Shown here: positions 14,764 through 32,489 of the stretch, piece by piece
Layout: every line of letters begins with the position of its first letter
How positions within the stretch are numbered: position 1 is the first letter of the stretch
Position numbers and translations under genes: made by a program
Source: Eledone cirrhosa
Taxonomy: Eukaryota
Length of the DNA: 64,000 nucleotides
Direction of reading: 5' to 3'
Assembly (NCBI GenBank): GCA_964016885.1
Contig: OZ024745.1
Coordinates: 56,978,001 to 57,042,000 of the forward strand
Notes under the pieces: model-generated
What the model was told of the DNA's origin: nothing
The model's input: the letters and a program-made list of their open reading frames with translations, nothing else
Database searches by the model: none

Positions 14764-15892
14764 GTATGTATATATATATATATATATATATATGCGTATA
14801 TATATATATGAGTATATCTATATATCTATATATATGTACATATGTGTGTATGTGTATGTATAGTTGTCTGTTTAGAGAGGGGTATTACTGCATTAAATTT
14901 ACTACAATTGTTATTTTTAAATCTCACCGCTCTTACTTTCCATTCCTCCCTAACCTCCAAAGCACATTTAAAAAAAAAAAAATGTTTTCTTTTTCTATTT
15001 CAACCTTCCCTCGAATTCGTTCATTCAATGACTAATTCACATGTTTTGTGACTATTCCTATGTGCTTTCTCTTCTCGTTGTTTGGTTTCAAGCCTAATGA
15101 ATTCCAGCCGTGACTAGCCCGACCTTTTTTATGTAGATAAACATTACCTCATTCTCCTTTTTCCCTTTTTCTTTTTTCGAAAGTCGGCTGGAAATTGTAA
15201 CAGTTTAAGCGTTAATGCTGAGGCTCAATAGTTCGATACTTCGATTGCAATCGAATAGTGATGTGACATAAGCAGTTACCACCGCCGCCACCAAAGTGCC
15301 ACGAGCACCGAAGCCTCTTAATTATGGTCTTCTCTGAATGTTTGTTGTTGTTGCTGTATTTCATTTCTAAACCTCACAACCGTGTCAAAGTAAGATCGTT
15401 ACCACGATGACACGAAATGCGAGAAATAGCAGTGAAATCTCTTTCAAGTCAAAAACAAAGGTCTTAAAAATATTCATACAAATTAAATCCGACGGGATGA
15501 ACGTTTTAGCAAATCAAAGACTGTGACAGGTATATTGGATAAGGACAAACACGAGATTAAACAGATACCCAAACAAACAATTTCGACTCCCATTTCGTAT
15601 ACATTAAATAGCGTTATTGCTGCACGAAGAACATGCGTGTATATTACTTGTGTGTGTGTTTGTATGAGCATATATGTATACGAATGTGTATATCTATGTA
15701 TGTGGGTGTATGTACATCGGTGTGCACGAGATTTAAGTATCGTGGCATATATCATATGATCCTCAGCTAAATGGGTACGTGAGCCGGTTTCAATATCCAG
15801 CTAAATCTGAATCCCTTCACAATCGTATCATTTTAATGAGACACACAAACTCGTAGACGCGCGTTTGCACATTCATATATAGATACATAAAT

Positions 15893-15959
<67 letters not shown>

Positions 15960-16184
15960 CTCTCTCCTCTCTCTCACACACATATATATATCAAGTTTAA
16001 TATAGAACTGGCTTCTACAGGACTGATTTCTTCTGAATGAAACAGTTCTTGTTCTGTATAAGACATTTCTATATTAACCTTGACGTTTACACTTTACTAA
16101 TGTATTGAGTGCCTTACTAACTGTGGATACAACACCCCTCCCCCCTCCTTATTGAACACTGGGACTATCATACATTTACATACT

Positions 16185-16244
<60 letters not shown>

Positions 16245-16413
16245 ATACATATACATACTCACGTAAATACAGTTAAAAAATCTTTAACAATCATTGTTTG
16301 AAAATTGCCTCCGGGTCAGAAACTCGGAGCTATTACATGTGAAGTGGCCTTTAATGCAATACACACACATGATATTGTAACAATATGACTATGTACAAAT
16401 ACATACATATATA

Positions 16414-16514
<101 letters not shown>

Positions 16515-16745
16515 TATATATATATATATATAGCGAGAGAGAGAGTAAGAGAGAGCGAGAGAGAGAATCAAATCTAACGAAAATATGAATAATAAATCAT
16601 GATTGTATTTTTGTATTCTTATATGTTTGTATGTGTATACACGTAGAACATGGAATATTTGAAAATCAACGTCTGTCATGAAAGAAAAAAAATGAAAAAA
16701 AAACAAACAAGAAAACAGTACTTATAGAACAAAAGAACTTCATAC

Positions 16746-16829
16746 CTACATCATAGCAATGATGGGAATTTTCAACAGCCTGATCACACACACACTTCCA
16801 TGAATATAAGTATTTGCGTGTGTGAATGT
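16746..16829 (-). CDS. Candidate host gene, 84-nt internal exon (phase 1 to 1)
   Basis: Long CT tract then caaacag|ACATTC...GATGTAG|gtatga, encoding (D)IHTRKYLYSWKCVCDQAVENSHHCYDV. Confidence 0.5.
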   Translation of the reverse strand, partial: TFTHANTYIHGSVCVIRLLKIPIIAMM

Positions 16830-17036
16830 CTGTTTGTTTGAGAGTGAGAAAGAGAGAGAGAGAAATAGATAGATAGATAGATAGATAGAGAGCGAGAGAG
16901 AGAACAAGAGAGAGAGAGCGAGGGGCAGAGAGTGAATGAGTGTGTGAAAATGAGTAGGTGAGAAAGAGAGAGTCTGAGAGAACGAGAGTATGTATGTGTT
17001 CATGAGTTCGGGACGTATATATGTGTTTCTGTGAGT

Positions 17037-17109
<73 letters not shown>

Positions 17110-17235
17110 GGGAGATGGGGAGAGGTAGGCAGAGAAATAGGTTCATGGATAAATTTGATATGTATGTGTACGTGAATACGTTTATGAAAGTGTATGACAA
17201 TATGTGGGCCTGCAAAAAGTCTTAAAATGTGTGAG

Positions 17236-17283
<48 letters not shown>

Positions 17284-17880
17284 AATGTGTGTGTGTGTAT
17301 ATATATATATGTATGTATGTATATATATGCGAAAATATATGTGTGTAGTGTACAGAGAGAGCAATAAAAAGAAAACGAAAAACGATATATGTTTATATCG
17401 TTCTCTCTTTGTGAGAATTATGTATGTGTGTACGAGTGTTGGCATGTGTCGCACATAACTTATAAACGATGTAATGTGCTGTGCGATGGGTGATGGACGG
17501 ATGAGATAGACAAACGAGGTGAGTCGAAAGGGTGATGAAGATAGAAGGCTATAACAGAAGAAAAAACTGTTGAGCAATTGGGTTACAGGAAAAAAAAAAG
17601 CATAATCTTTCTTCACAAATTACACACGCGCGCACACACAAACACAAACATTCACAGTACCAAAATCACTTTCATTAACATGAACAGACATACACACACA
17701 CACAACACACACACGACCCCATCACCCATACAACAACACATAAAGAGTAAAACGAACAAATATATTAGAACTAAGTAACTTTGTGTGAGTGAAAGTATGT
17801 TATAACGTACGTACGTATATAGAACAGATCATTATCCATGAATTTAACACAAAAACACAAAATATGTGCTTCTCTTTCTT

Positions 17881-17925
<45 letters not shown>

Positions 17926-17941
17926 GCACACACACACACTT

Positions 17942-17989
<48 letters not shown>

Positions 17990-18439
17990 AGAGAGAGAGA
18001 CAGACAGAGAGAGAGACAGTAAGCGAGAGAGAGTTGTGTAAAATCCCGACCGTAGTATATTTTATATATATATATATATATATATTTGTATGTTTGTGTG
18101 AGTATATGTATAATGTATATATACATATATAGGTGTGTGTGTGTATGTGTGTTTAGAAGAGTGTAGATGCATATACAGAAACAAACAAATAAATTAAGCA
18201 AGGCACGAGAAAAAAGTTAAATCAAACATTTTATATACACATACACTCATATATATAATATATACGTGTATACACGTATATATGAATTATAAGTATGTAT
18301 GTACGTATGTGTGATTGTATGTGTATGTATAAGTATATGTGTACGTGTGTGTGCATGTATGCAGTGTATGCATGCATGTATGCATGCATGTATTCATAGA
18401 TACATGAGTATATGTATGCGTATGCGTTTGTCCACCTAC

Positions 18440-18464
18440 CGTACGTAGCATGTAAATACCGCAT
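18440..18464 (-). CDS. Candidate host gene, first coding exon (ATG, ends phase 1)
   Basis: ttttttgttacag|TAGA-ATGCGGTATTTACATGCTACGTACG|gtaggt encodes MRYLHATY. A possible 5'UTR exon lies at 18849-18878 (ttgcag|...CAG|gtacgc). Confidence 0.4.
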
Positions 18465-18479
18465 TCTACTGTAACAAAA

Positions 18480-20190
<1,711 letters not shown>

Positions 20191-20535
20191 TGGCGGTGGT
20201 GGTGTTAGTGTTGTTTGTAGTTGTTGCTGTTGCAGGTAATTCTATGCATAATACCGGGAATCGGTTCGGGCCGTTGAATAGTTAGACTGGGAGTAGGTGA
20301 GGGATGAAGAAGAAAAAAAGAGGAGGGCCCTGCGCGTGTTCGTGTGTGTATGTGGTCGCGTGCAAATAAGTGTTGCGTGAACGCATCTATGTTGTAACTT
20401 TTTTATTTCTTTTTTTGCAACAGGGTAGTGTTTTATAGCATGCGCATTCGTGTGTGCACCTGGTTCGTGAATGGGCGCGGTTCTGTGTATATTTCAGTAA
20501 AGACGCTTATCGCTTGTACGTGTCTAGTTTGAGTC

Positions 20536-20955
20536 TGTGTGTGTGTGTCTATGTGTGTGTGGGTGTGTATATGTGGGTGTGTGTATGTGTGTGTGTGTGT
20601 GTGTGCCTGTATGTGTGTTTGTATGTGTGTGCGTGTGTGTCTGTGCGCGTATGTGTCTGTGTGGGTGGGTGTGTGTGTATGTGTCATTGTGGGTGTATGC
20701 GTGTATGTGTGTGTGTGTGTGTGGTGTATGTGTGGGTGTCTGTGTATGTGTGTATGAGTCTGTCTGTGTGTGTGTGTCTGTGTGTCTATGTGTGTGCGTA
20801 TGTCTGTGTGTGGGTGGGTGTGTGTCTGTATGTGTGTATGTGTGTGCGTGTGCCTGTATGTGTGTGTCTGTGGGTGTATGTGCGTATGTGTGTGGGTGTG
20901 TGTATGTATATGTGTGTGCCTGTATGTGTGTCTGTGTTTGTGTCTGTCTGTGTGT
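20536..20955. repeat. Degenerate (TG)n low-complexity tract
   Basis: Read directly. A similar tract lies at 37460-37940. Confidence 0.9.
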
Positions 20956-21222
20956 TCACGCTGTGCTGTGTCTGTGTATGCGGGGGTGTATTTCTGTCAG
21001 TCAGTGAGTATGCGAATGTGATGTTGTTTGATGTAATGTTAGTGAGATTATAGAGTTACTCTGAACGTGAAGTAAATACATTGAATTAAATAGTGTATGT
21101 TTTGATGTGTGGAGGATGGCACGTGTTCTTTTGTCCCGGTGGGGTAGTTTCCTTATTCATTTCTGTTAGTATATATATATATTTATATATATATATTTAT
21201 ACACATACACATGGTTACACAC

Positions 21223-21256
<34 letters not shown>

Positions 21257-21570
21257 CCGGGAGCTTCCAACAGAAATGGTCGCATTCTTTAAGGGTATGT
21301 CAATATTTATTTACAAAACTGATCTATATTATATTTTATCTGATGAAAGCACACCATAATTTAATTTGGTGTCCTTGAAGTATGTATAATGAAATAAATA
21401 TGGTTTTATAAATATAGTTTCCATTTGTTAATATAACGTATTTTTACTCCAATAATTTGTTGAGTGCTTTATATCAGTTATAAAAATATTTGCTTGTTGT
21501 ATCCTAACAATTTAAATAGAACTTCTACATATATATATATATATATGTGTGTATGTATATATATATATAT

Positions 21571-21639
<69 letters not shown>

Positions 21640-21658
21640 GAAGTTCTATATATGTATA

Positions 21659-21765
<107 letters not shown>

Positions 21766-21941
21766 CTATTGAAGTTTCCGTTAAAAATTGAAAAAGTCAT
21801 AGGAGTGAAGAGTGCTCTATGTAAGTTACAGAGCTAAATTTAATGTATAATACACAATACAATATAATTACCTCATTACTTGTATTCGTCTTAGTCGGGA
21901 AACCTCTGGTAATGAGGTAATTATATTGTATTGTTTATTTT

Positions 21942-21973
<32 letters not shown>

Positions 21974-22067
21974 AACAAATATATATATATATACATACAC
22001 ATATATATATATACATATATACATACACATATACATATATATACATATATATATATATACATATATA

Positions 22068-22195
<128 letters not shown>

Positions 22196-23436
22196 TGTAT
22201 ATATATACATATATTTATGGATGTATGTATGGAACGACTTAGCTGAAACTTTAGAGGTACAGCTAATTTCAACACGGAAGATAAACTTCTACACACTACA
22301 CTCCAATATTATTGGTTCTCATTCAGTTAATGTTTGAATATTTTAAACACTACACAATTTTTAAACGCCAATTCTAATATTATATTATATATGCATATTG
22401 AAAACATAACATATAAACTGGGCGGTATATAGAAATAACAGCTACATTCACTTATTTCATACATGTTGAAATAAGAAACCTTACATGGCATCATATCTTC
22501 TATACAGTTAAATAAGTGAAAAAAAATAATAATAGCAGAATATCAAGTGTTGGATCAGTTTTGAAATCCAGGCATCTCAATGGGGGTTGAAATAAAGCTA
22601 GATAACATCAAAATTATGTAAACTGTGATCTATAGCGTGGTAAGGGAAAAGAAAATAGCTGGTTTGTGAAACAAGTCTTGCTTTCGACTTTCACTGTATC
22701 AATGACATAAATCCTGTTTCGGTGACGCCCTAATCTAAATAAAGCTTCGTAGTTGCCCCCTTGTTAATCATTTACACGAGAAGCATTTCGAAAAATGGAA
22801 ACACATATGAATTTTCTTGAATTTCTTTTTTTTCTTTTTTAATTCGGGATGTAGGTTGTGAGACACTAATTTGTAGCTTGTTTAGTTTAGGCATGACTAA
22901 GTAAGGCACTGCCGGAATCCGGTGATTTGAAAAGGGTTGAATATATTTTTCTGATAGCTGCCAAATACTGTTAGATTTGGGATTTCTATGCGATCAGAAT
23001 CAGGTTCGTACTAAACAACAGCAACATTTACATCCCACTAGCTACAGATGAGACAAACAAAAAAGGACAGCCAATCCACCCTCAAATCACACCCTAAAAA
23101 AATAAAAACAATGAAAATGTGGGGTCATAGCTTGAAAGAGTTTGGATATAATAGGCAGATTGACCAGAACTGATTATTTATGCAAAAACAAGTCAACTCA
23201 CCAGCACAAATTGCTAGAAATAGTGGTTAAAAATCCTTTAAAGTAGTTTTCCACATTTGACAAAGAACTAAGAAATTAAGTTTTGTGTCTGAATAATCGA
23301 CGGAAAAGTCACGACTGGAACTATTTTAAACATAATGGTGACCTTAATGGTAAACAAAAACAACGACAGCAAAATTATTTTAGCACATTATCTCAATGCC
23401 TGTAAGCAATGAATATATATATATATATACAACACC

Positions 23437-23575
<139 letters not shown>

Positions 23576-24722
23576 TAATAATTCACACACTTGTCTCATT
23601 GATAAATATGTGGGAGTTTAATCGATTGCATTAATCAGTAGGATTGCACTTGCAGGCTATGTAATCGATTGACTATATCAGTAGTATAGCACGCCAAGGA
23701 TAGTCTCTTATCGACGTTTACGTCATTTATCGCCTCGGTAAAATTTGAACTGAGGGAGGTAACTTAATGAAGATGCAGTACGATTGCCCGACCTAAAATT
23801 AATGGCAAAGAAACTCCAAATCACCCCACCAATAATAAAACGAACATATTTAACACTATAGTTCCTGATATATACAAAGATTAATAATGGTTTCTTATAT
23901 ACGCACAAGGCCAGCAATTCTGTGGGCGGAGAAAGTCGATTAAATCGACCTCAATGCGTGACTGCTACTTTATTTTATCGACCCCCTAAAGAAGAAAGGC
24001 AAAGTTGACCTTGGCGGACAAAGATGAATAATGATCAAGGTTAGAGAGTGTTGGACTAGACGGCTCATTTATGAGGTGATTATATGGCGAAATATGAACA
24101 ACTAAATTTCTAGGCTTATCATTTCTTTTCTACAAACAGTTCGTGCTGTACTCCACATCACTGTCATTGGACGTTACTCGTGGCACACGAGATTTGTATG
24201 TGATAAGGCTGCTTTTCTCTCCTTCGTATGCTCATTATTTCTGAAGAAATGTTCACAGTTAGCGGTCTTCAAGGACCCTACTTTGTCGCAATATAGCTAT
24301 TAAGATAGAGTGTGGGAGAGAGAAAGAGAAGAGAGAAAAGGAAAAAACTGAGAAAGAGATATACTCGGTTTAACAATTCGTTAGGTATTTTAATGAAAAC
24401 AATAAGGTTTGAGATCAGAAGACGTTGAAATCTGAATTAAGGCGGATGTCTTTATTAAGCATGGTGAGCAAAAACTTTGTTCGTGATTGGGAGGGGTGGG
24501 AGATCATGTGTAGTTATCTACTGATAAAACATGAGTAGCTATGCGTCTTTATGTGCAAAGAAACAGCCACTGATGAATATCACTAGACAAAAGGTGTCAG
24601 AAAAGAAAAAAAACTTGTAGCGTTTTCAGTTGGCAAACACATTCGTGTAGATATTCATTATGATAATATGCTAGATAGGGGGAGGGTGAGAGCACATGTA
24701 GAGAGTAACTTTAAGGGTATAT

Positions 24723-24785
<63 letters not shown>

Positions 24786-24984
24786 TTATCTTGAATCGCT
24801 GCTATATAGCTATGTTTAATATTCTACAGTTTTTTTCATTTTTATTTTATTTCATTATATTGTATTGGAATTATTTCGACTTGACAGCAGCATTGAAACA
24901 ATTGTAAGGTATTAAATCATTAAAAAAAATATCTATTTCCTCATTTTAATTTTATACACACACCCACCCACACACACACACGCG

Positions 24985-25041
<57 letters not shown>

Positions 25042-25981
25042 ATGTAAAAGGTAAACAGAAATAACAACACAATCGGTACAGTATATGGAAGGGATATATT
25101 AGGTTAACGCTTGATATAGCAGGAAGAGGGTCTGAACGTTTCGGACGCTAGTCCTTCATGAGAAGAAAGAATGAGAAATAAAATAGATTGAGGGGACGAG
25201 CGGGTTAGAATTGGAAAAGATCTCACTAGATAAAAATAACAGGTCCATTCATGTTAAATACATGTAATATTCATATGATTTCTCTCCCACCGTCTTACTC
25301 TGTTATACTTTCTCTCTCTCTCTATATATATACATATATTATGTATACATTTGTCTTGTTACATTGCTATATCCTTTTCTTACACTCGATGTGCAAGGTG
25401 GCATCTTTAAGTCTGTGCAGTGACATCTTGTTCGGGTGTTGGTACATCACTCATGATTTTGGCGATTACCTTTGCTGGAGCTTCCATTAAACCCTATCTC
25501 TCGTTTTCGCTAGAATGTTATTTCCTTCATATACTCCCAATATTTCATCACTTTCATAGAGAGCATCGTCTTACATTATTTTTATTGGATTGCTTCCAGT
25601 TCCTCAGTTTGTCAAGATAGCTGGCTTATCTTTCCTTGAAAGGAGGACATGTTTTTTTTTGTTATTTTTTCGGTATATTATCCTGGACAAAATCAGGAAT
25701 CCTCTGGCCAGTGGACTCCATATATTTGATATGTGAATGAAATGACGCACCATTGCTCATATCAATTCCTATGTCATACACTGGTTTCTCACAAGTATCA
25801 TAATAATTTTCCTTGCTACAGAAATCCTTATCGTGGTCTGCCTGTTGATAGATAACAATTTATCCATTTAATTATCCATCCTCTTTCCCTCTTCTATCTA
25901 TAATTGTCTCTTTAACAAAATATACATACCATATAACATGTGCACCAGGACAAAGATGCTATCTCTAAAATAGTAAGATCT

Positions 25982-26068
<87 letters not shown>

Positions 26069-26110
26069 GTATATATACATATATGTACACTCAGCTCTCT
26101 CTCTCTCTCC

Positions 26111-26142
<32 letters not shown>

Positions 26143-26267
26143 AAGTAAGTCCTTCATCAGTGGCCTTCCAACCGTCCTAGACATTTCATCACTACGGATG
26201 GAAGGCCACTGATGAAGGACTTACTTTTTCATATGTAACCCATTTACAACGCCGCAGCTCCATTATT

Positions 26268-26337
<70 letters not shown>

Positions 26338-27149
26338 CAGCTATGGACGCACATACTCCTCAGGAGAAAATGGAAGTTCGTTGTTGTCGCGCAAGTTTGC
26401 TGATGACAATCTGCGTTTATTTTGTGAAAGAACCAGTAAAATAACCTACTTAATTCTTTAGGCAGAAAGAGCAATAGAGTTTCAGACAATATTTATAATT
26501 TCAATTTATACAGTCCATCTTGTATTATAGATCAATTGTTTCAGTATTTTAAACATGCACTTCATAAGTTCCATGGTCAGTGTCAATATCACGTTGTACA
26601 CTACAAAGCATGCTGTTCACTTAGGATTTTTTCAGTCTACGTTTACGCATTATTTGCTGATAAAGTAAGGTTGATATCATCACTATAGTATAACATTTTC
26701 TCGAAGGGCGTAAACTTGTCCACTTAAGTTCATGGTTGCCATACGAACTTCTGCACCGTTCAGCTCTGATTCATTAAAAAAAAAAACAATTTCATACGAC
26801 AAACACACTCACACACACATGCTGCACACGTTCACACATCTATAGGGATTAGAAACATAAACACACTGAGGATTTGAGAAATTTCCTGCTAGAATCATTA
26901 GAACTTTTTACAAATTTTTTTGCAATAATTATTCTGAGTTTGAGTTGAAATCCTGGTTCCAAGTACTAATGCCCATTAATGGAAAGCTCTCTAATCTCAG
27001 TTCGCTGGCCTTGAACCCAAAATAGAAGCTAATATTGTGTCATCGAAGACAGGGTGTTTTGGTTCACGTTTATCACTTTGCAATACGGACAGTTATGTAC
27101 CTCTGTTGCAATGTATTCTGTAAAACAAATAACACTCATTCTATGTGGA

Positions 27150-27321
27150 TTGGCAGTATCGGTAGAGGGTCGGACGCCATGCTTTCCAGCATAGTTACGT
27201 CCCTTTACGATCTGAGTTCAAATCCCACCGAGGTTGACTTTGTCTTTCATGCTTACGGGGTAGATAAAATAAAGTACCAGTAATGTACTGGGTAATTGCT
27301 GGCCTTGTGCCAAAAAGTAGA

Positions 27322-27328
<7 letters not shown>
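27150..27328 (+). mobile_element. tRNA-derived SINE, MetaSINE-like (same family as 954-1136)
   Basis: Collinear match to 954-1136. Degenerate minus-strand relatives at ~12980-13060, 23885-24020, 28980-29200 and 31130-31335. Confidence 0.7.
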
Positions 27329-27380
<52 letters not shown>

Positions 27381-27406
27381 TATATAATATATATATATAT
27401 AAATAT

Positions 27407-27455
<49 letters not shown>

Positions 27456-28245
27456 TGATTTGTTTTATTGTGTTTCTCTTTTTATGCTAGTCTGTAATTA
27501 TGTATGTATGCCTGTGGGGAGAAAATAGCAGGTGGTGGTGGTAGGAGGGAGGGCATCAAAGTGAAACATTTATGCATAGTTGAACTCGAGAATTTATGAA
27601 AAACATATATGTTGATTTTTTTCTGTTTGTTGTTTAACCGCAGGTAAATCCTAATCAAGCAGTCATATGCTCAAATTCATTCTATCTCTGATCACCCACT
27701 TTGTTAGAAGAATTATTAGAGCCTTGAAAATATGTTACTGATATTGTTCATGCGCTTAACTTTCTCAGATCAAAACTCACTTAAGTTCAATTTCCCTTCT
27801 ATTCCTCCGTGGTCGATAAATCTAAAGAGGAGGCTAATAATAAGAGGCTAACATCGTTGGCCTTGTTCATAAATTAGAAACACTTGTTAATTTGTTTTTT
27901 TCGTTTAAGGCCTAGTGTAATTAGGTTTATGCTGTATGAAGTTAGGGTGTAAAGAAAGAGAGATTTCGTTGCTGTTTTTTATCATAGGTCGTGTAAAAAT
28001 GCATCAGGTCGTGCTGTATCTGTGTTTATATTACGTGCGATGGAAAGATAAACAGAAGAAAAGAGGCAAGAAAAGGAAAAGAAAGGAAAACCTAGTGTGT
28101 TTATATATGTGAAAGCAGGAGAGAGAAAGAGACAGAGAGAGAGAGGGGAGAGAGAGAGGGATAAAGAAAGACAGAGAGAGTGAGAGAGTGGTGTGTCTGT
28201 ATGTGGTTTGGTGTAAGCATCTGTTACGCGGTTGTGCTTTCTATG

Positions 28246-28280
<35 letters not shown>

Positions 28281-28296
28281 ATGTACGCACGCACAA

Positions 28297-28330
<34 letters not shown>

Positions 28331-29433
28331 GGAGGAGAGTATAATGTGAAAATTGTATATATGATAGCGAGACAGGCACACAGTATAATTTCAGTAGCTG
28401 GGTCTCCAGAACTAAAAAATATTATTATTAGTGCTGTTGTTGTTAATCTTGTTGTCTTGGTTTTTGTTGTTAAGTTCCCTAAAACGTAATTATTATTACA
28501 ATACAAAACAATTACGAAATACATGAGTTAAAAATAGCCGAAAAAATGAAGAACAAATTATAAGTCAATTTACATATGAAGAAAATAAGTAGGAGAAAAA
28601 TCATAATATACAAATGTACAATACCTGGAAAAAGTTGTCCAAAGATTTTAATTAACAGGCGAATTAAAAGACCAAAGAATGTAATTTATTGTATGTAAAG
28701 CGCGTCTGTATTGGCATACCACACACTTCTATATAAGAAGTAATCCGCAGGCCATTCACATGCGTACGCAGTGATAGATACACAGAGAGAGAATGAGAAA
28801 GCGAGAGAGAGAGAGAGAGAGAGAGACAAGAGAAAGAGAAAGATAGAGGGAAGGGAGAGAATAATTACATGGTTGAGAGAAATATAGAGGGAAGTGTTGG
28901 AATATATCGAGAGAAGATAGAATGTTTGTTTGTGTAGTTACATTTGCAACCCGTTTACTGTATTAGTATTAATATTATGGATGCTAATATTTTTTTCTAA
29001 CACTGCAACAAAGCCCGCAATTCCGGGGAAGGGAAATGCCGATTACATTTTCGCCACTACTTAACTGGTACTTCATTTTCTCGGCCTCGAATGAATGAAA
29101 GGCAAAGTTAGTATCAGCAGATTTTGAACACAGAAGATAAATGAGCGTAAGTAAACTCAGCAAAGCATTTAGTCGGGCTCTCTCACCATTCTGCCATCAG
29201 ATCGCCTATATTATGCAGATTAATCATAAAAATATTGATGCTGAAGTATCATGATATGACGACAACTGATGCCCTGATGCCACTGATGGTAAGGATGATG
29301 ATGTTTAAGGGGGAAATCATGCTCGGAATACAGATGATAAAAAAAAAAAAGAACGAGAATTGTCATTGAACCACTACATCCGTTATGAAATAAGTTTCTC
29401 ATAGTCTTTTTATTTGGCTTCAAGTTCTTCTTC

Positions 29434-29526
<93 letters not shown>

Positions 29527-29898
29527 CATACATATATACACACATACACACCTACATACATACATATATATACATATTATACATATATATATACATATAA
29601 TATATATATATATATATACACACATATATATATATATATATATAAATATATAAATACATATATATATATGTATATTTATATATATATATATATATGTATA
29701 ATGTATAATTATATATATATAATATGTATGTGTATATATATGTAGGCATGTATGTAGGTGAGTATGTGTGTATATATGTATGTATATATATACATACATG
29801 TATGTATATATATATATATATACATAGATATATTATTTATATATATATATACATATTATATATATATGTATATATATATACACACATATATTATATAC

Positions 29899-29991
<93 letters not shown>

Positions 29992-30008
29992 TATACATAC
30001 ATATATAC

Positions 30009-30051
<43 letters not shown>

Positions 30052-30052
30052 G

Positions 30053-30240
30053 ACGAAGGAAGTGTGGTAAGGAACCAGGTGGAGCATAACGCACCAGAGT
30101 ACTCAATACTTAGGGTAGTAGAGTGGGTAATAGGAAAAGAGCCAGGATTCTGACGGCAGAGCTCAAGCCGTTTAGACGGGTATTTCTGGATTCAGTCGAA
30201 ACGGCTTGAGCTCTGCCGTCGGGGTCCGGACCCTTTTCCC
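30053..30240. mobile_element. Fold-back family A, copy 5
   Basis: Same tail and arms. (TA)n on the left, (CA)n/(TA)n on the right. Confidence 0.7.
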
Positions 30241-30255
30241 ACACACACACACTCC

Positions 30256-30291
<36 letters not shown>

Positions 30292-30633
30292 CAGACATAC
30301 ATATATATATACATATGTATACATGTATATACCTATATACATATGTGTGTGTGTGATTAAAGAGAGGGATTTGGTGAGGGAGAGGGCGAGAAATATACCT
30401 ATTCATTAATCAGGTTAAGAAGCACGTATTACAAACACACATGTACATATACGTACACATGCACACTCTCACTCAGATATATACACCCATGTAACAACGA
30501 GCATTTTTACAACGGATGAAAAATAACGACCTATACGACCTGCTAGACATAACAGCCAGCACATGTGTGGATGTGTGTGTGGATGCGGGTGTGGGTGTGG
30601 ATGTGGTGGTGTGTGTATGTGTGTGTGTGTATG

Positions 30634-30669
<36 letters not shown>

Positions 30670-31524
30670 AATGTGTGTGTGTGTGTGTGTCTTTATTTAT
30701 ATTTCGTTACATAATATTTTGACAAAAACAAGATCGATAAATTAAGTTCAAGAAATGGAAAACTAAATACTGTTGTCAAAAGGATTGACATGTTTGAATA
30801 TTATTGTTGCTATTTTTTTTTTGTTTTGTTTTGTTTTTGTTGTTTTGATATTTTAAACGAAATATGTCTTTACATGTATTTACATTAATTTCCTGGTTGT
30901 TGGTGTGGCTATGCTGTTAGAAAAGTTGTGGTCGTTATGGTGACAATTATGTTACAATTGTTGGCTGCTGCGGTGGTTTTGTTGGTGGAATTTGTAGTTT
31001 TAGTGGTGGTGAGATTAGTATTGTTATTGTTGTTGAGAGATATACTCCAGTCATGTGTTAAGATTTTCAAGTGTAATTTGTGATGTATATTCAACATATT
31101 TGAGCCAAAAACACAGTTACAAATAAGAGCAATAATAATGGTTTTTGTTATAAACATAAGGCCTATAATTTCGGGAGAGGGGAAAGATGAATAAATCAAT
31201 TCATGTATGTTACTGGTACTTTATTTTGTCGACCCCGTAATGAAAAAAGGTGAAGCTAACCTCGGCGGGATTTGAACACAGAATGTAAAAAGCCGTAACG
31301 GGTTTCCGATGCCCTAAAAATTCTACCAATTCGCCTCTATAAAGGATACCCAACACATTGGGTTCTTGTTTTCATATATACGTTTAACATAAAGTGGGAC
31401 AGAAAAAAAAGAGATCGATGAAATAAATTGCGGAATAAATATGTATTGGAATCAATATATTCGACTACAATCAAGTTTAGTGACTAAAATCAATGAAATA
31501 GGAAGCGAATAGCCTTGTTGTTGT

Positions 31525-31950
31525 TGTTCTTTTTTTTATTCTTCTTCGCCCATTTATACCTGAGAGGGTCGTGGAGTTTTCAAACACTCCTTTTAGCTGG
31601 TCCTGCAGGAAACACCCGTCTGCAACAGATCCAGCTGAATCCCCAAGCGAGACCAGCGAAGCTCATGGATGTTATCCGATCATCTGGCGCGCGGTCAACC
31701 CCTGTGTCACTTGTCGGTTGGTTTTACCCATAAAATCTACCACCAATTCTTTCCTGTGACCTTCTAGCCCCTCCAGCTCTTAGTGTCGGAGAAGTGATCT
31801 CTGGAGTGCCTCGCTGATCTCTGAGTTACTCACTGTATCGAGTAACGCTACCCCAAATGCCTTCGGAGGAACCCCATACCGGCCGCTTGTATTCGAGATC
31901 GTATTCTTTCGGTCAGTACCCAAGTTTCATGACCACAAATACCGAATTGA
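31525..31950 (-). mobile_element. Decayed RTE LINE fragment
   Basis: Peptide GHETWVLTERIRSRIQAAGMGFLRR resembles the RTE ORF post-RT region. GAA-like 3' end. Confidence 0.6.
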
Positions 31951-32489
31951 AGATAGCGAGTTTGGCTTTTACACCTACCTCCGTTCTTCTGATTACCGAA
32001 TGCTGAAGCTGGCGCATTACTGCACCAGTCATGCAATTCTTATTGTTTTCCTTTTTATTTTAAAGGGTAATATATTCTTGGTCCCAATCATTTTACATAG
32101 GTTTTAAAAATTGATTTCAAATATAATGGTGTCTTTTTCAAATTTTTACTACTAATTGTACGTATAGACAATTATCACACCCGAGATAGTATATAGAGAT
32201 AACTAAACAATTATTTCCTTTCTCTATTGCTTTCAGGTATGTACATATTGAAGCGTTTTGGCAACATCCACACTCACACACACGCACGCACACGCACACA
32301 CACGCACGCACACGCACACACACGCACGCACACGCACACACACGCACGCACATGTCATTAAATCGTGTGAATGTGATTTTTTGTGATGCTGCACCCTTGA
32401 TTATCCATAATATTTCTTAAGTTATTTCAACATCTTTTTAATTTTTTCACACCCTTAGAATCCTGTAGAATTAACATAAATCTCAATCA

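Noticed and set aside
28625-28720. Additional upstream coding exon of the candidate gene (CAG|gtattg donor)
   Set aside because: The phase-compatible frame is closed by a stop, with no ATG or clear acceptor.
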